DNA from: Pseudobacteriovorax sp.
Lineage (GTDB): Bacteria > Bdellovibrionota_B > Oligoflexia > Oligoflexales > Oligoflexaceae
DNA: 12,708 nucleotides
Reading direction: 5' to 3'
Assembly: GCA_050293845.1 (NCBI GenBank)
Contig: JBNKNM010000165.1
Span: forward strand, 1 to 12,708
Shown: positions 1 through 7,486 of the stretch, piece by piece
How the letters are laid out: each line of letters begins with the position of its first letter
Position numbering within the stretch: position 1 is the stretch's first letter
Notes under the pieces: model-generated
What the model saw: the letters and a program-made list of their open reading frames with translations, nothing else
What the model was told of the DNA's origin: nothing
The model's database searches: none
Translations under genes and position numbers: made by a program

Positions 1-165
1 AAGCAAGGTTTGAATGTCGTTGCGGGTTTGCGGCAAATGCGGACACCAATGCCGCAATAAATATTAAGAATCTCGCCGCTGCTTGTAGCGGTTAAATGCC
101 ATGAGGTAATCACCGTGAGGTGATTACCAACTGGAAGCCCCCTCCTTCAGGTGGGGGTACTTGAC
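1..165 (+). mobile_element. Right end of an IS200/IS605-family insertion sequence
   Basis: tnpB 3' end followed by the subterminal imperfect hairpin GAAG-CCCCCTCCT-TC-AGGTGGGGG (134-157) and TACTTGAC, which matches the typical IS605-group right-end layout. Inferred boundary after TGAC at 165. Confidence 0.85.
3..95 (+). CDS. tnpB: TnpB (IS200/IS605-family RNA-guided endonuclease), C-terminal fragment; gene starts upstream of the window
   Basis: Frame +3 reads ARFECRCGFAANADTNAAINIKNLAAACSG* (TAA 93-95). This is the second half of the zinc ribbon (F-x-C-x-C-G) followed by the RuvC-III signature AD-x-NAA-x-NI, with its Asp intact. Absent from the ORF track because there is no start codon in the window. 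Confidence 0.93.
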   Translation, partial: ARFECRCGFAANADTNAAINIKNLAAACSG

Positions 166-185
166 CTAGAAAGCATATAAAGGAT
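75..185 (+). ncRNA. Putative TnpB omegaRNA (reRNA): scaffold to 165 plus guide 166-~185
   Basis: Hairpin CCGCT/AGCGG (76-91); perfect 10-bp stem GGTAATCACC-GTGA-GGTGATTACC with a GNRA tetraloop (105-128); terminal hairpin 138-157; GTTAA (91-95) can pair with terminal TTGAC (161-165, one G-U). The 5' boundary is uncertain and probably lies further into tnpB. Confidence 0.75.
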
Positions 186-419
186 AGATTATGAGGCCAG
201 AGGATATAAGTACGCTCTATTATCATTAGCAGACGAGTTCCTGATTCAGTATCTAATTACTGCTCATCAAAAGCGCAAGGGTACACTAATCCTTACCTGG
301 TTTCGATCTTATCCTCTAGAGTAATTACTTTCTTCGGCTGTTCTGGAAGATACGATGAGATTAATGTAGAAGGTGCTCCCCTAGGGTATTCGCCCAAGGC
401 TTCGCAAGTACGTTTCGGC

Positions 420-1706
420 TTAATTATTAATCTCACTACATTGCAGATGTGTATTCTGAGGTAGTGTATAGCCATCACAAGCTGGGATAAGAGAACCTTC
501 ATCATATTCATCAGACTCAATTTTTAGACTTTTCTCAATCAAAGCTTCGAGTGTATCTTCAGAAATTACAATCTCTGCATCTCCTGAGCAATCATAGATT
601 TCATTACCCGTAAAATCCATGATTTCACTTCCTTGGGCTGAAGGTAGCTCGGATTCTAAGCCATTGATTCGACTATAGGGTCCAACAGAATTATCCAGCT
701 CCTTGGTGTCTCCATTCCAACCTTCTTGAAGAGCCGTTCCACTGGAATTATATATAATCGCACCGTCGCCAACAGCTAACTTAGAAAGACTATAGGATGC
801 GCCATCCGAATTAGTATCTAATAGCTCGTGAAACGAAATAAAAGCTGTGGAAGAATCCTGGTCTGTCTGTTCACCATAAGCTTGAAAATAGATATTTTCA
901 GGGCTTTGGACAATACGGTAAGTGTTCTCAGAAACAGCCCCGCTTGAAAATGTATTGGAAGTTCTATTTAACATCCTCTTAAGTCCATAAAATTTTCCAT
1001 CGCTGTCTACCGCTCCGTTCACATTGATAAGGGCTTTGTAGGAGTTGACTTCTGGGTTTTCTGGCTCGCCAGATCGTTTGGCTAAAACATAGCCAACTCC
1101 ATCAGTTATTGTTTTCTGAATATATGCCGATTGCGCTGCATTTTCACACATATAAAATGTTAGTCCTGTTACATTTTCAGGATTACCATTGATTTTAAAT
1201 CGGAAACGTTCAACGAAATCTTCTCCATCCTCATAGCTAACAATATCGATAATGTGATATTCTTCATCATAAAAATCTGTGTTATTTCCAATTAGAAATT
1301 GCAGTATACAATTTGCTTCGTCGGGAGCTGCCGCTTCAAATAAAAAGCCACGTCCCCGATTGACCATTTCACAAGCACCAAAGCTAGGATTATCTAAAGA
1401 GGTAAAGTCATCAAGGGTGGTCTCAGAACCATAGCTAATGCCTGTGTTTGCTACCAATCCAGTTACATCGACCTGAAGTTGACCAGAATTTGAGTCAAAA
1501 CTAATCAATTCATCCGGAGACTCATCGGTTAAGGTTACTGGATCGGTAACATCTGGAAGCGTACCAATGCCATTGACTGCAAGCTGACCAAAGCCCTCCG
1601 GCAAATCTTCTAAAGAAGTCCCCATAGCTGGTGGCTCATCGCTATCACTAGATTCTTGACAACTCACTATCAAAAAGCTGATAAGTATTATATATAGATA
1701 TTTCAT
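420..1706 (-). CDS. Hypothetical lipoprotein (acidic, Cys-containing, ~428 aa)
   Basis: Within track ORF 420..1850. The ATG at 1706 gives MKYLYIILISFLIVS-C, a type II signal peptide with lipobox, followed by an acidic tether (QESSDSDEPP). No recognisable family motif. Confidence 0.8.
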   Translation of the reverse strand: MKYLYIILISFLIVSCQESSDSDEPPAMGTSLEDLPEGFGQLAVNGIGTLPDVTDPVTLTDESPDELISFDSNSGQLQVDVTGLVANTGISYGSETTLDDFTSLDNPSFGACEMVNRGRGFLFEAAAPDEANCILQFLIGNNTDFYDEEYHIIDIVSYEDGEDFVERFRFKINGNPENVTGLTFYMCENAAQSAYIQKTITDGVGYVLAKRSGEPENPEVNSYKALINVNGAVDSDGKFYGLKRMLNRTSNTFSSGAVSENTYRIVQSPENIYFQAYGEQTDQDSSTAFISFHELLDTNSDGASYSLSKLAVGDGAIIYNSSGTALQEGWNGDTKELDNSVGPYSRINGLESELPSAQGSEIMDFTGNEIYDCSGDAEIVISEDTLEALIEKSLKIESDEYDEGSLIPACDGYTLPQNTHLQCSEINN

Positions 1707-2063
1707 CCTAATTCTAATCATCAGTGGATTCTTTTGTTTTAGATGATTCTCACAAATCTCAAGTTGATTTGATATTTTTTTAAATGGTGAAAGACACATA
1801 TTTGCCCCTTTAACTCTTATGAGTTCATCTTGATTCTTCCTGAGATTCAATTCAAAGCCTCTTCCGACTAGATGGCCTGAGGTTCATCAGCATGAACTGA
1901 TTACCTGGGATTTAATCACTCAAAAGCATTCTCTAATAATACGTTTTCAATAGATTAAAAAACAGATGTGTTTTGTCTGAGTTATTATATGTAAGTATCT
2001 ATGTCTACAAAAAATTTGCGAAAGCCAAATGAACTTATTGCTCTTGAATTTAGTCACCTAAAA

Positions 2064-2094
2064 TTTACAAGAAAAGAAAAAATCAGGGTATAAT
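2064..2094 (+). promoter_or_regulatory. Possible sigma70 promoter
   Basis: TTTACA (2064-2069), 19-nt spacer, perfect TATAAT (2089-2094). The spacer is long and the region is AT-rich. Confidence 0.25.
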
Positions 2095-2275
2095 CCAGTA
2101 TAGCTGTCCTCTGTCTAAACTAAGGCACGCATCACCTAAAATAAATAACCTTAAAGCTAAACTCGCCAGTACAACCCAATCTAGTAGCCTTGCTCACTGA
2201 ATCAGCTCCATTTTAAGAAAAGAGTCATCCTACCTTAAGTCATGTACATACAGGAATATTAATCGACCTGCTAAC

Positions 2276-2572
2276 TTGGTTGATGCCAATCGCTACGCGG
2301 CACCATCAAAAGGGGGTGTTCTATTTGAGATTGATATTAATAGTGGTAGCTATGTTATGAGAACAAAGATGAATGATAGTATTATGGTGAGTTGTGTCAG
2401 TGATGTTATGGGACGCAGCGATCTTAAAAATATAATGGATAATGAAAGCAGGCCACCAGTAAAGGACTTAATCTTTAATGTCGATTGCAAAAATGCTGAA
2501 AAAAATGAAAAAGATAGAAAATTCGATTGTATGGTAGGTTTCGATGTATACGATACTTATGCAAGTGATTAA
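2276..2572 (+). CDS. Hypothetical protein, possibly a 5'-truncated remnant
   Basis: 98-aa ORF with protein-like composition and three Cys. It has only a TTG start with no clear RBS, and the frame is open upstream to a TGA at 2198-2200. Confidence 0.35.
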   Translation: MVDANRYAAPSKGGVLFEIDINSGSYVMRTKMNDSIMVSCVSDVMGRSDLKNIMDNESRPPVKDLIFNVDCKNAEKNEKDRKFDCMVGFDVYDTYASD

Positions 2573-2834
2573 GGAGAGAGTCAGTCTGAAAACTTTCAAA
2601 AAACTTTGACAGCATTGAGTGCGAACGAATGCGAAAAGTGCATGTCATATTCTGCTATATGGTTTTAATTTCTTCGTTTATCAAACCACTTCGTAAGATT
2701 TGCAATCTAAAATATTTTATCAATCACTTCACTATGAGATTAAAGAATATTGGATACTTTAATTTTAGTGTTTTTGGATTACAGTATGGGAACTTTTAGG
2801 GAAAAAAATAATTTGATTGCAAGAGGAGTCTTTT

Positions 2835-4457
2835 ATGAGAAGATTTTCGTTTCTATTGTTACCGAAATGGTCCATGCTGATTTATCTGAACATGTTGATG
2901 TCATCTTCTATGGCCTTAGGTCAAAGCTTGCCACCAGCGATCGAAATAGCTAGCCAGATAGAAATCGGATGGAATATTGGTAATAGCCTTGAAGCCATTG
3001 GCGGTGAGACAAATTGGGGTAACCCTCGCATCAATCAACAGCTTATTGACGGTGTAAAAGCTGCTGGATTTAATGCCCTACGCATCCCCTGTGCCTGGGA
3101 TATCTATGCGAATCAAGAGACTCTTGCTATAGACCCAGCTTGGCTTGCTAGAGTTAAGGAGGTTGTAAATTATGCGATGAATGCCGATATGTATGTTGTT
3201 CTCAATATCCATTGGGATGGTGGTTGGCTGGAGGAGCATCCTTTTTACGCTGATCAGGAAGCGGTCAATAAAAAACAGCGGGCATACTGGACACAGATCG
3301 CCAATAATTTTAAGAATTACGATGAGCGTCTCCTTTTCGCGGGTACTAATGAGGTTCATGCCGACTACGGTACGCCTACCACCGAACACATCACTGTGCA
3401 GGAATCCTATAACCAGACCTTCGTCGATGCTGTACGGGCAACAGGGGGCAACAACGCGACAAGAACATTAGTCGTACAGACCTACAACACTAACATGTGG
3501 CATGGCCTTGACTACTTTACCATGCCTACAGACACGGTAAGTGATCGGCTAATCGTCGAAGTACACAACTACGATCCCTACGATTATACCTTAAATCCCA
3601 GCGGAGCCTGCCTGTACTGGGGTTCATCTTTTCCCAGCCAAAGCACCTGCTCTTGGGCTCAAGAAGCTTATTTCGATGATTTATTTGCCCGCATCCGTGC
3701 TAAGTGGGTTGATCGAGGTATCCCCGTGATCATTGGGGAGTACGGTGTAGCTACGCGTCCCAATTTAGATTTAAATTCACGGGAATACTATCTCGCCTAC
3801 TTTAATGGTGTAGCAGCTATCAACGGCATCAAAACATTTTATTGGGATAACGGTGTAGCTCCAACGCAGTCCAATGGGTTTGCCATTTTCGACCGTAACA
3901 CTGGTGCAGTCATGGATCAGGATACGCTGGACGCTGTTATGAGCGGTGTCAATCCTAGTGATCGTCATACTCTAACGGTTACCAAGGATGGTTCAGGCAG
4001 TGGGGTTGTGAGTTCCTCTCCGGCGGGTGTGGAATGTGGTACAACATGTAGTGCAAGTTTTTCCAGTAGCACCAGCATCACCCTTACAGCTACAGCAGAC
4101 GCTAACTCGTCTTTCGTCAGTTGGGATGGTGCCTGCTCCGGGTCAGGGCCTTGCACCGTATCCATGTTATCCGATAAGAGAGTCACTGCGATCTTCATAA
4201 CAGGGACAAGTTTTTGCGAAAACCCCATTACCTTCAGCGGTAGTACCGGTAACTTTAATACCACCGAAGCGGTCTGTTATCGAACCAGTGATACCATCAA
4301 TGGCTGGGGGTGTTATAATTTCGACGGTCGCACCATCAGAGTCGGAGGACTGGTTCGGGAATGTGGTGAGATGCCACTGATCAGAGCGAATGACGGTTAT
4401 ATATACTTTACAGCAACTGCGGGTATATACCCTTGGGCTGGTATCTATACTTATTGA
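2835..4457 (+). CDS. Secreted glycoside hydrolase family 5 endoglucanase with InlB-B-repeat-like domain and C-terminal putative carbohydrate-binding module
   Basis: RBS GAGGAG (2823-2828) before ATG 2835; signal-peptide-like N-terminus. GH5 motifs GWNIGNSLE, GFNALRIP, LNIHWDGGW, acid/base GTNE (Glu codon 3351-3353), EVHNYDP, nucleophile IIGEYG (Glu codon 3738-3740), FYWDNG. Linker domain TLTVTKDGSGSGVV...LTATADANSSFVSWDGAC...CTVSM at 3966-4196; aromatic/Cys-rich module at 4215-4454. Confidence 0.93.
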   Translation: MRRFSFLLLPKWSMLIYLNMLMSSSMALGQSLPPAIEIASQIEIGWNIGNSLEAIGGETNWGNPRINQQLIDGVKAAGFNALRIPCAWDIYANQETLAIDPAWLARVKEVVNYAMNADMYVVLNIHWDGGWLEEHPFYADQEAVNKKQRAYWTQIANNFKNYDERLLFAGTNEVHADYGTPTTEHITVQESYNQTFVDAVRATGGNNATRTLVVQTYNTNMWHGLDYFTMPTDTVSDRLIVEVHNYDPYDYTLNPSGACLYWGSSFPSQSTCSWAQEAYFDDLFARIRAKWVDRGIPVIIGEYGVATRPNLDLNSREYYLAYFNGVAAINGIKTFYWDNGVAPTQSNGFAIFDRNTGAVMDQDTLDAVMSGVNPSDRHTLTVTKDGSGSGVVSSSPAGVECGTTCSASFSSSTSITLTATADANSSFVSWDGACSGSGPCTVSMLSDKRVTAIFITGTSFCENPITFSGSTGNFNTTEAVCYRTSDTINGWGCYNFDGRTIRVGGLVRECGEMPLIRANDGYIYFTATAGIYPWAGIYTY

Positions 4458-4468
4458 TTCCCCATATT

Positions 4469-4492
4469 TCCCGGCTTGCTGCCGGGGTTTTT
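4469..4492 (+). terminator. Rho-independent terminator of the GH5 gene
   Basis: CCCGGC-TTGCT-GCCGGG stem-loop followed by GTTTTT, about 12 nt after the stop codon. Confidence 0.8.
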
Positions 4493-4530
4493 GATAAGCA
4501 GCGCAGCATGTTTTTTCTAACCTTTTCTAA

Positions 4531-5122
4531 GGCTCAAAAGTCGTAAAGATATGCAGCATAATAAGAGTGGAACCAATCCACTCTTTAAAAGATATTGCCA
4601 ATATCAAGAAACTATTAGCTGATAATCCAAGAGACCTGGCGTTGTACATTCTAGGAACTAATTCAGCTCTTAGAGCTTCGGACCTAGTAGTCAGTCCATT
4701 TTCATCAGTAAAAAATCTGATGGTTGGCGAAAGCTTTATCGTAAAAGGAAAAAAAAGACTGGAAAAAATCGTCATGTGACAATTAATGAATCTGTCTTCC
4801 TTACCTTAAACGACTGTCTTGAAGTGAGACCGTGAACAAAACAAACCGTCCATTATTTTCATCGCGGAAGGGTGGGGGAGGTTTTATTGTTCCTTCGCTC
4901 CACCGGATGGCCAAGTCTTGGTGCAAGGAGGCGAGGCTTAGTGAAACTAAATCAATCCCAATATCTCCGAAAATTCGAATTAAAATGTTCTTTGCTTCTT
5001 ATTCATCCTTTGACCCTCATAATATTCCTTTAAGTTTTGTTTACGATCACAATTTACGAAAAACAATGTCGCCGGAGCAAACTATTGATTGTTACTATAA
5101 ATATTTGTATGAAGAGGTCTAG
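4531..5122 (+). pseudogene. Degenerate small tyrosine recombinase (phage-integrase family)
   Basis: Pieces in three frames: IRVEPIHSLKDIANIKKLLADNPRDLALYILGTNSALRASDL (box I Arg); after a frameshift at the A8 tract (4749-4756), KTGKNRHVTIN...EVRP* (catalytic Lys strand, TGA 4833-4835); after a second shift, PLFSSRKG...VPSLHRMAKSWCKEA and then HNLRKT (H-x-L-R, 5048-5065) and EQTIDCY...LYEEV*. The segment normally between HxLR and the catalytic Tyr is largely missing. Confidence 0.85.
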
Positions 5123-5141
5123 AATAGGACACTAGGAAGGC

Positions 5142-5165
5142 AAAAAAATAAGAGCCTCAGGCTCT
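5142..5165 (-). terminator. Rho-independent terminator of mscS
   Basis: The minus strand reads AGAGCC-TGA-GGCTCT-TATTTTTTT, starting about 17 nt past the mscS stop. Confidence 0.65.
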
Positions 5166-5182
5166 CAATAGTTAAGCTGTTA

Positions 5183-5998
5183 CTACTTGATAAGGTGAAC
5201 ATCCATTTGTGGGAATGGTATTCCAATAGCAGTCTCGTCCAAAGCGACTTTTATTTTTCGCATCAGGCGCTCTCTCTCTGGCCAATAGTCTTCCTTTTTA
5301 ACCCAAATCCTTAGCTGCCAATCGATACTGCTTGTACCTAACGCTTTGAGGTAAACAATGTGATCTTTCTCGGACACAGAAACTTCGCAGCTCTTAACCA
5401 CAGCTTCTAGCACTTCCCGCGTTTTGGATAAATCGGCTTCGTACGCAGTTCCCACATCGATATCAAGTCTACGGATGGCATGAAAGGTAACGTTTTCAAT
5501 GGTCGAACCAAACACCTGGCTGTTGGGAATGATGATGCGTCGATTGTCAGGGGTATCCAAAGTCGTGGTCAACAAATCGATATGATTGACTGTCCCGGAC
5601 TCTCCTGCAGCCTTAATAAAATCACCGGCACTGAAGGGACGGAAAATAAGAAGCATCACTCCGGAGGCAAAATTAGACAAACTACCCTGTAGGGCTAACC
5701 CTACAGCGAAGGATAATGAGGCCAATACCGCAGCAAAGCTAGCTGTTTGTACTCCAAGGACACCTAATATAAAGATTGCCGCTATAGCTATAATGCTCCA
5801 TCGCGCCAAATTTGCAAAAAAACGGGATAAAGTGGCGTCAACTTTAGTTTTCTCCAAAAAGCGTTGCGTCGATCGTTCCACCCACCGGCCAATGACAAAG
5901 GCGAGAACTAAGAGAACGAGACACGTAAAAACTTTCGCACCGAATTCTACTAACTGCGTCACTTTTTCAGGGGTAAGGTACTTTTCCAGCTCTTCCAC
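5183..5998 (-). CDS. mscS: Small-conductance mechanosensitive channel
   Basis: Three hydrophobic segments, TM3 motif AVGLALQGSLSNFASGVMLLIFRPFSAGDFI, TPDNRRIIIPNS, and C-terminal GIPFPQMDVHL. GTG at 5998 is preceded by GGAG at 6-nt spacing; the alternative start is ATG 6010. Confidence 0.93.
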   Translation of the reverse strand: MEELEKYLTPEKVTQLVEFGAKVFTCLVLLVLAFVIGRWVERSTQRFLEKTKVDATLSRFFANLARWSIIAIAAIFILGVLGVQTASFAAVLASLSFAVGLALQGSLSNFASGVMLLIFRPFSAGDFIKAAGESGTVNHIDLLTTTLDTPDNRRIIIPNSQVFGSTIENVTFHAIRRLDIDVGTAYEADLSKTREVLEAVVKSCEVSVSEKDHIVYLKALGTSSIDWQLRIWVKKEDYWPERERLMRKIKVALDETAIGIPFPQMDVHLIK

Positions 5999-6152
5999 AG
6001 GACACTCCATTTCAAGTTGAAGAAAAATATCGAGATCTTCCTTAACACCAAGCCGCCAAAGAATCTAGAGAACGATGGATGCAATGATCCGAAACTTGCA
6101 AAAGCACCATACTCATGGTAGCCATTGTGCCTTGACCAAGGAGATACTAAAT

Positions 6153-7193
6153 ATGAATTCCAATCTAAGAACTGTTTTACTTGTTGCTGCTGGCCTAAGC
6201 CTATCTTCAACCAATGTCCAAGCTCAGGATGATTCAGAATCCAATTTCATCCCCATAGATGTAGATGACAAAGTCGTTGTTGTGAAAGGTTGGGATAAGT
6301 ACCTCAATTTAGGTTTGTATGGAACAATCAGTGAAAATCGTAACGTTGTTGGTAAAGATGATGGTCAATCCACGACTCTAGGTTTGAAAATTGGTGGTGC
6401 CCTGGATTATGGTAACGATCAACACCACTGGATGAATTCTTTAAATGTTCTGATTTCTTACTCTCGAAGCCCACTCATTCCTCAATATATCAAGTCTGAA
6501 GACACCATAGACCTCGACTCCATCTATAAAAGATATTTAAAAAATATTAAATGGGCAGGTCTCTTTGTGCAAGGCGGCATTTCGACAGCTGGATTTGCCG
6601 GATACGACACACAGCCTGCGATTATTACTTACCGACGCATAAACCTCAACGGTACTGAAGAAGTCTTCGAATCTAAAAGAATCAAATTAACAGATAGCTT
6701 CCTGCCATTGAAGTTCCGAGAATCTGCAGGTGTCATCGCAAGTCCTATCAACACGGATGCCTTATCATGGGATATCAAGGCCGGTGTAGGTTTTAGACAG
6801 GTTCAAGCCGATGACCAATATGTAATTCAAGATGACGACACAACGCCTGAAAAAGAAATCGTTGAAATAGAAAGCTTTGAAAAGGCTGGTTACGAATTAG
6901 GTACTGAAGTCAGTGGTTCATTAGAAGACAAAAAAGTAACTTACTCGCTCAAGGCAAATGTCCTATTCCCATTCTATGAATCCTTTGATGACGAAGGGAA
7001 AACAACCTTCGACAAGCGAGTGGTTGATGTCACTGGAAAAGCTTCCTTTCACCTTCTATCATGGGCGAGTGCGGATTATCTATTAACTGTAACCAGAGAC
7101 CCTGGTATCACAGAGAAAGCTCAAGTATCTCAATCAGTACTCTTTAGTCTAAACAAAACAATTGCAGAACGTAGAACTCCTCCAAAAGAATAA
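6153..7193 (+). CDS. Outer-membrane beta-barrel protein, DUF3078/DUF481-like
   Basis: RBS AAGGAG (6138-6143) before ATG 6153; Sec signal MNSNLRTVLLVAAGLSLSSTNVQA-Q. Alternating amphipathic strands, and the segments GW...NVVG, HHWMNSL and IKSEDTIDLDS resemble DUF3078 proteins. The family name is from memory and unverified. Confidence 0.7.
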   Translation: MNSNLRTVLLVAAGLSLSSTNVQAQDDSESNFIPIDVDDKVVVVKGWDKYLNLGLYGTISENRNVVGKDDGQSTTLGLKIGGALDYGNDQHHWMNSLNVLISYSRSPLIPQYIKSEDTIDLDSIYKRYLKNIKWAGLFVQGGISTAGFAGYDTQPAIITYRRINLNGTEEVFESKRIKLTDSFLPLKFRESAGVIASPINTDALSWDIKAGVGFRQVQADDQYVIQDDDTTPEKEIVEIESFEKAGYELGTEVSGSLEDKKVTYSLKANVLFPFYESFDDEGKTTFDKRVVDVTGKASFHLLSWASADYLLTVTRDPGITEKAQVSQSVLFSLNKTIAERRTPPKE

Positions 7194-7204
7194 CTAAAAA
7201 TTCA

Positions 7205-7225
7205 ACCCCATGATCTTGATGGGGT
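7205..7225 (+). terminator. Stem-loop after the barrel gene (possible terminator or mRNA stabiliser)
   Basis: ACCCCAT-GATCTTG-ATGGGGT about 11 nt after the stop; the U-tract is poor (GTTCT). Confidence 0.45.
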
Positions 7226-7319
7226 GTTCTACCAGTTCTATTCCGCCCCCAATGAATTAGTCCACATTGAAGAACCTTAAAACATCTGTCTGGACAGACT
7301 TTGAGAGGTGTTTTGCACT

Positions 7320-7370
7320 TGATTTTCTACCAGTTTTATAAGTGGATGGTCCAAAAAGCTGGTAGATAAT
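7320..7370. repeat. Long imperfect inverted repeat, possibly a scar of IS terminal repeats
   Basis: ATTTTCTACCAGTTTT (7322-7337) pairs with AAAGCTGGTAGATAAT (7355-7370) with one mismatch and one G-U; inner TGGA/TCCA stem. Confidence 0.5.
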
Positions 7371-7486
7371 TACCACCAAAATTCAACTCAAAGTCAATAC
7401 CTATCTGAGTTCTGAGGCTCTTCAATATGAACTGAACTAGGTAAATTCATCTAAATATTACCACTGTATTACAACTTTTTCCAATT

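Noticed and set aside
96..420. CRISPR array next to the TnpB/Cas12f-like tail
   Set aside because: No regularly spaced direct repeats seen here or elsewhere in the window; the structure is an IS right end.
293..520. 75-aa minus-strand ORF
   Set aside because: Overlaps the lipoprotein 3' end in another frame, with no recognisable motif; probably spurious.
1707..1850. 48-aa N-terminal extension of the lipoprotein ORF
   Set aside because: The signal peptide and lipobox begin at ATG 1706; the extension starts at TTG and would bury the signal.
2030..2134. Faint resemblance to an IS3-family 3' end (CTGTCTAAACTAAGGCACGCATCA)
   Set aside because: No partner inverted repeat and no convincing transposase translation upstream.
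2606..2647. Possible stem TGACA-GCATT...AGTGC-A-TGTCA upstream of the GH5 gene
   Set aside because: Short, bulged stem with a large loop; matches no riboswitch I recognise.
2750..4775. Small overlapping or antisense ORFs (2750-2953, 3078-3389, 3181-3471, 3777-3968, 3965-4264, 4527-4775)
   Set aside because: Shadow frames of the GH5 gene and the recombinase remnant, with no independent motifs.
6116..6131. GG-N10-GC sigma54-like motif (TGGTAGCCATTGTGC)
   Set aside because: Poor match to TGGCAC/TTGC, and the implied start site would fall inside the RBS of the barrel gene.
5480..6210. ORFs 5480-5692, 5586-6020 and 5959-6210
   Set aside because: Antisense to or overlapping mscS and the barrel gene; no supporting motifs.
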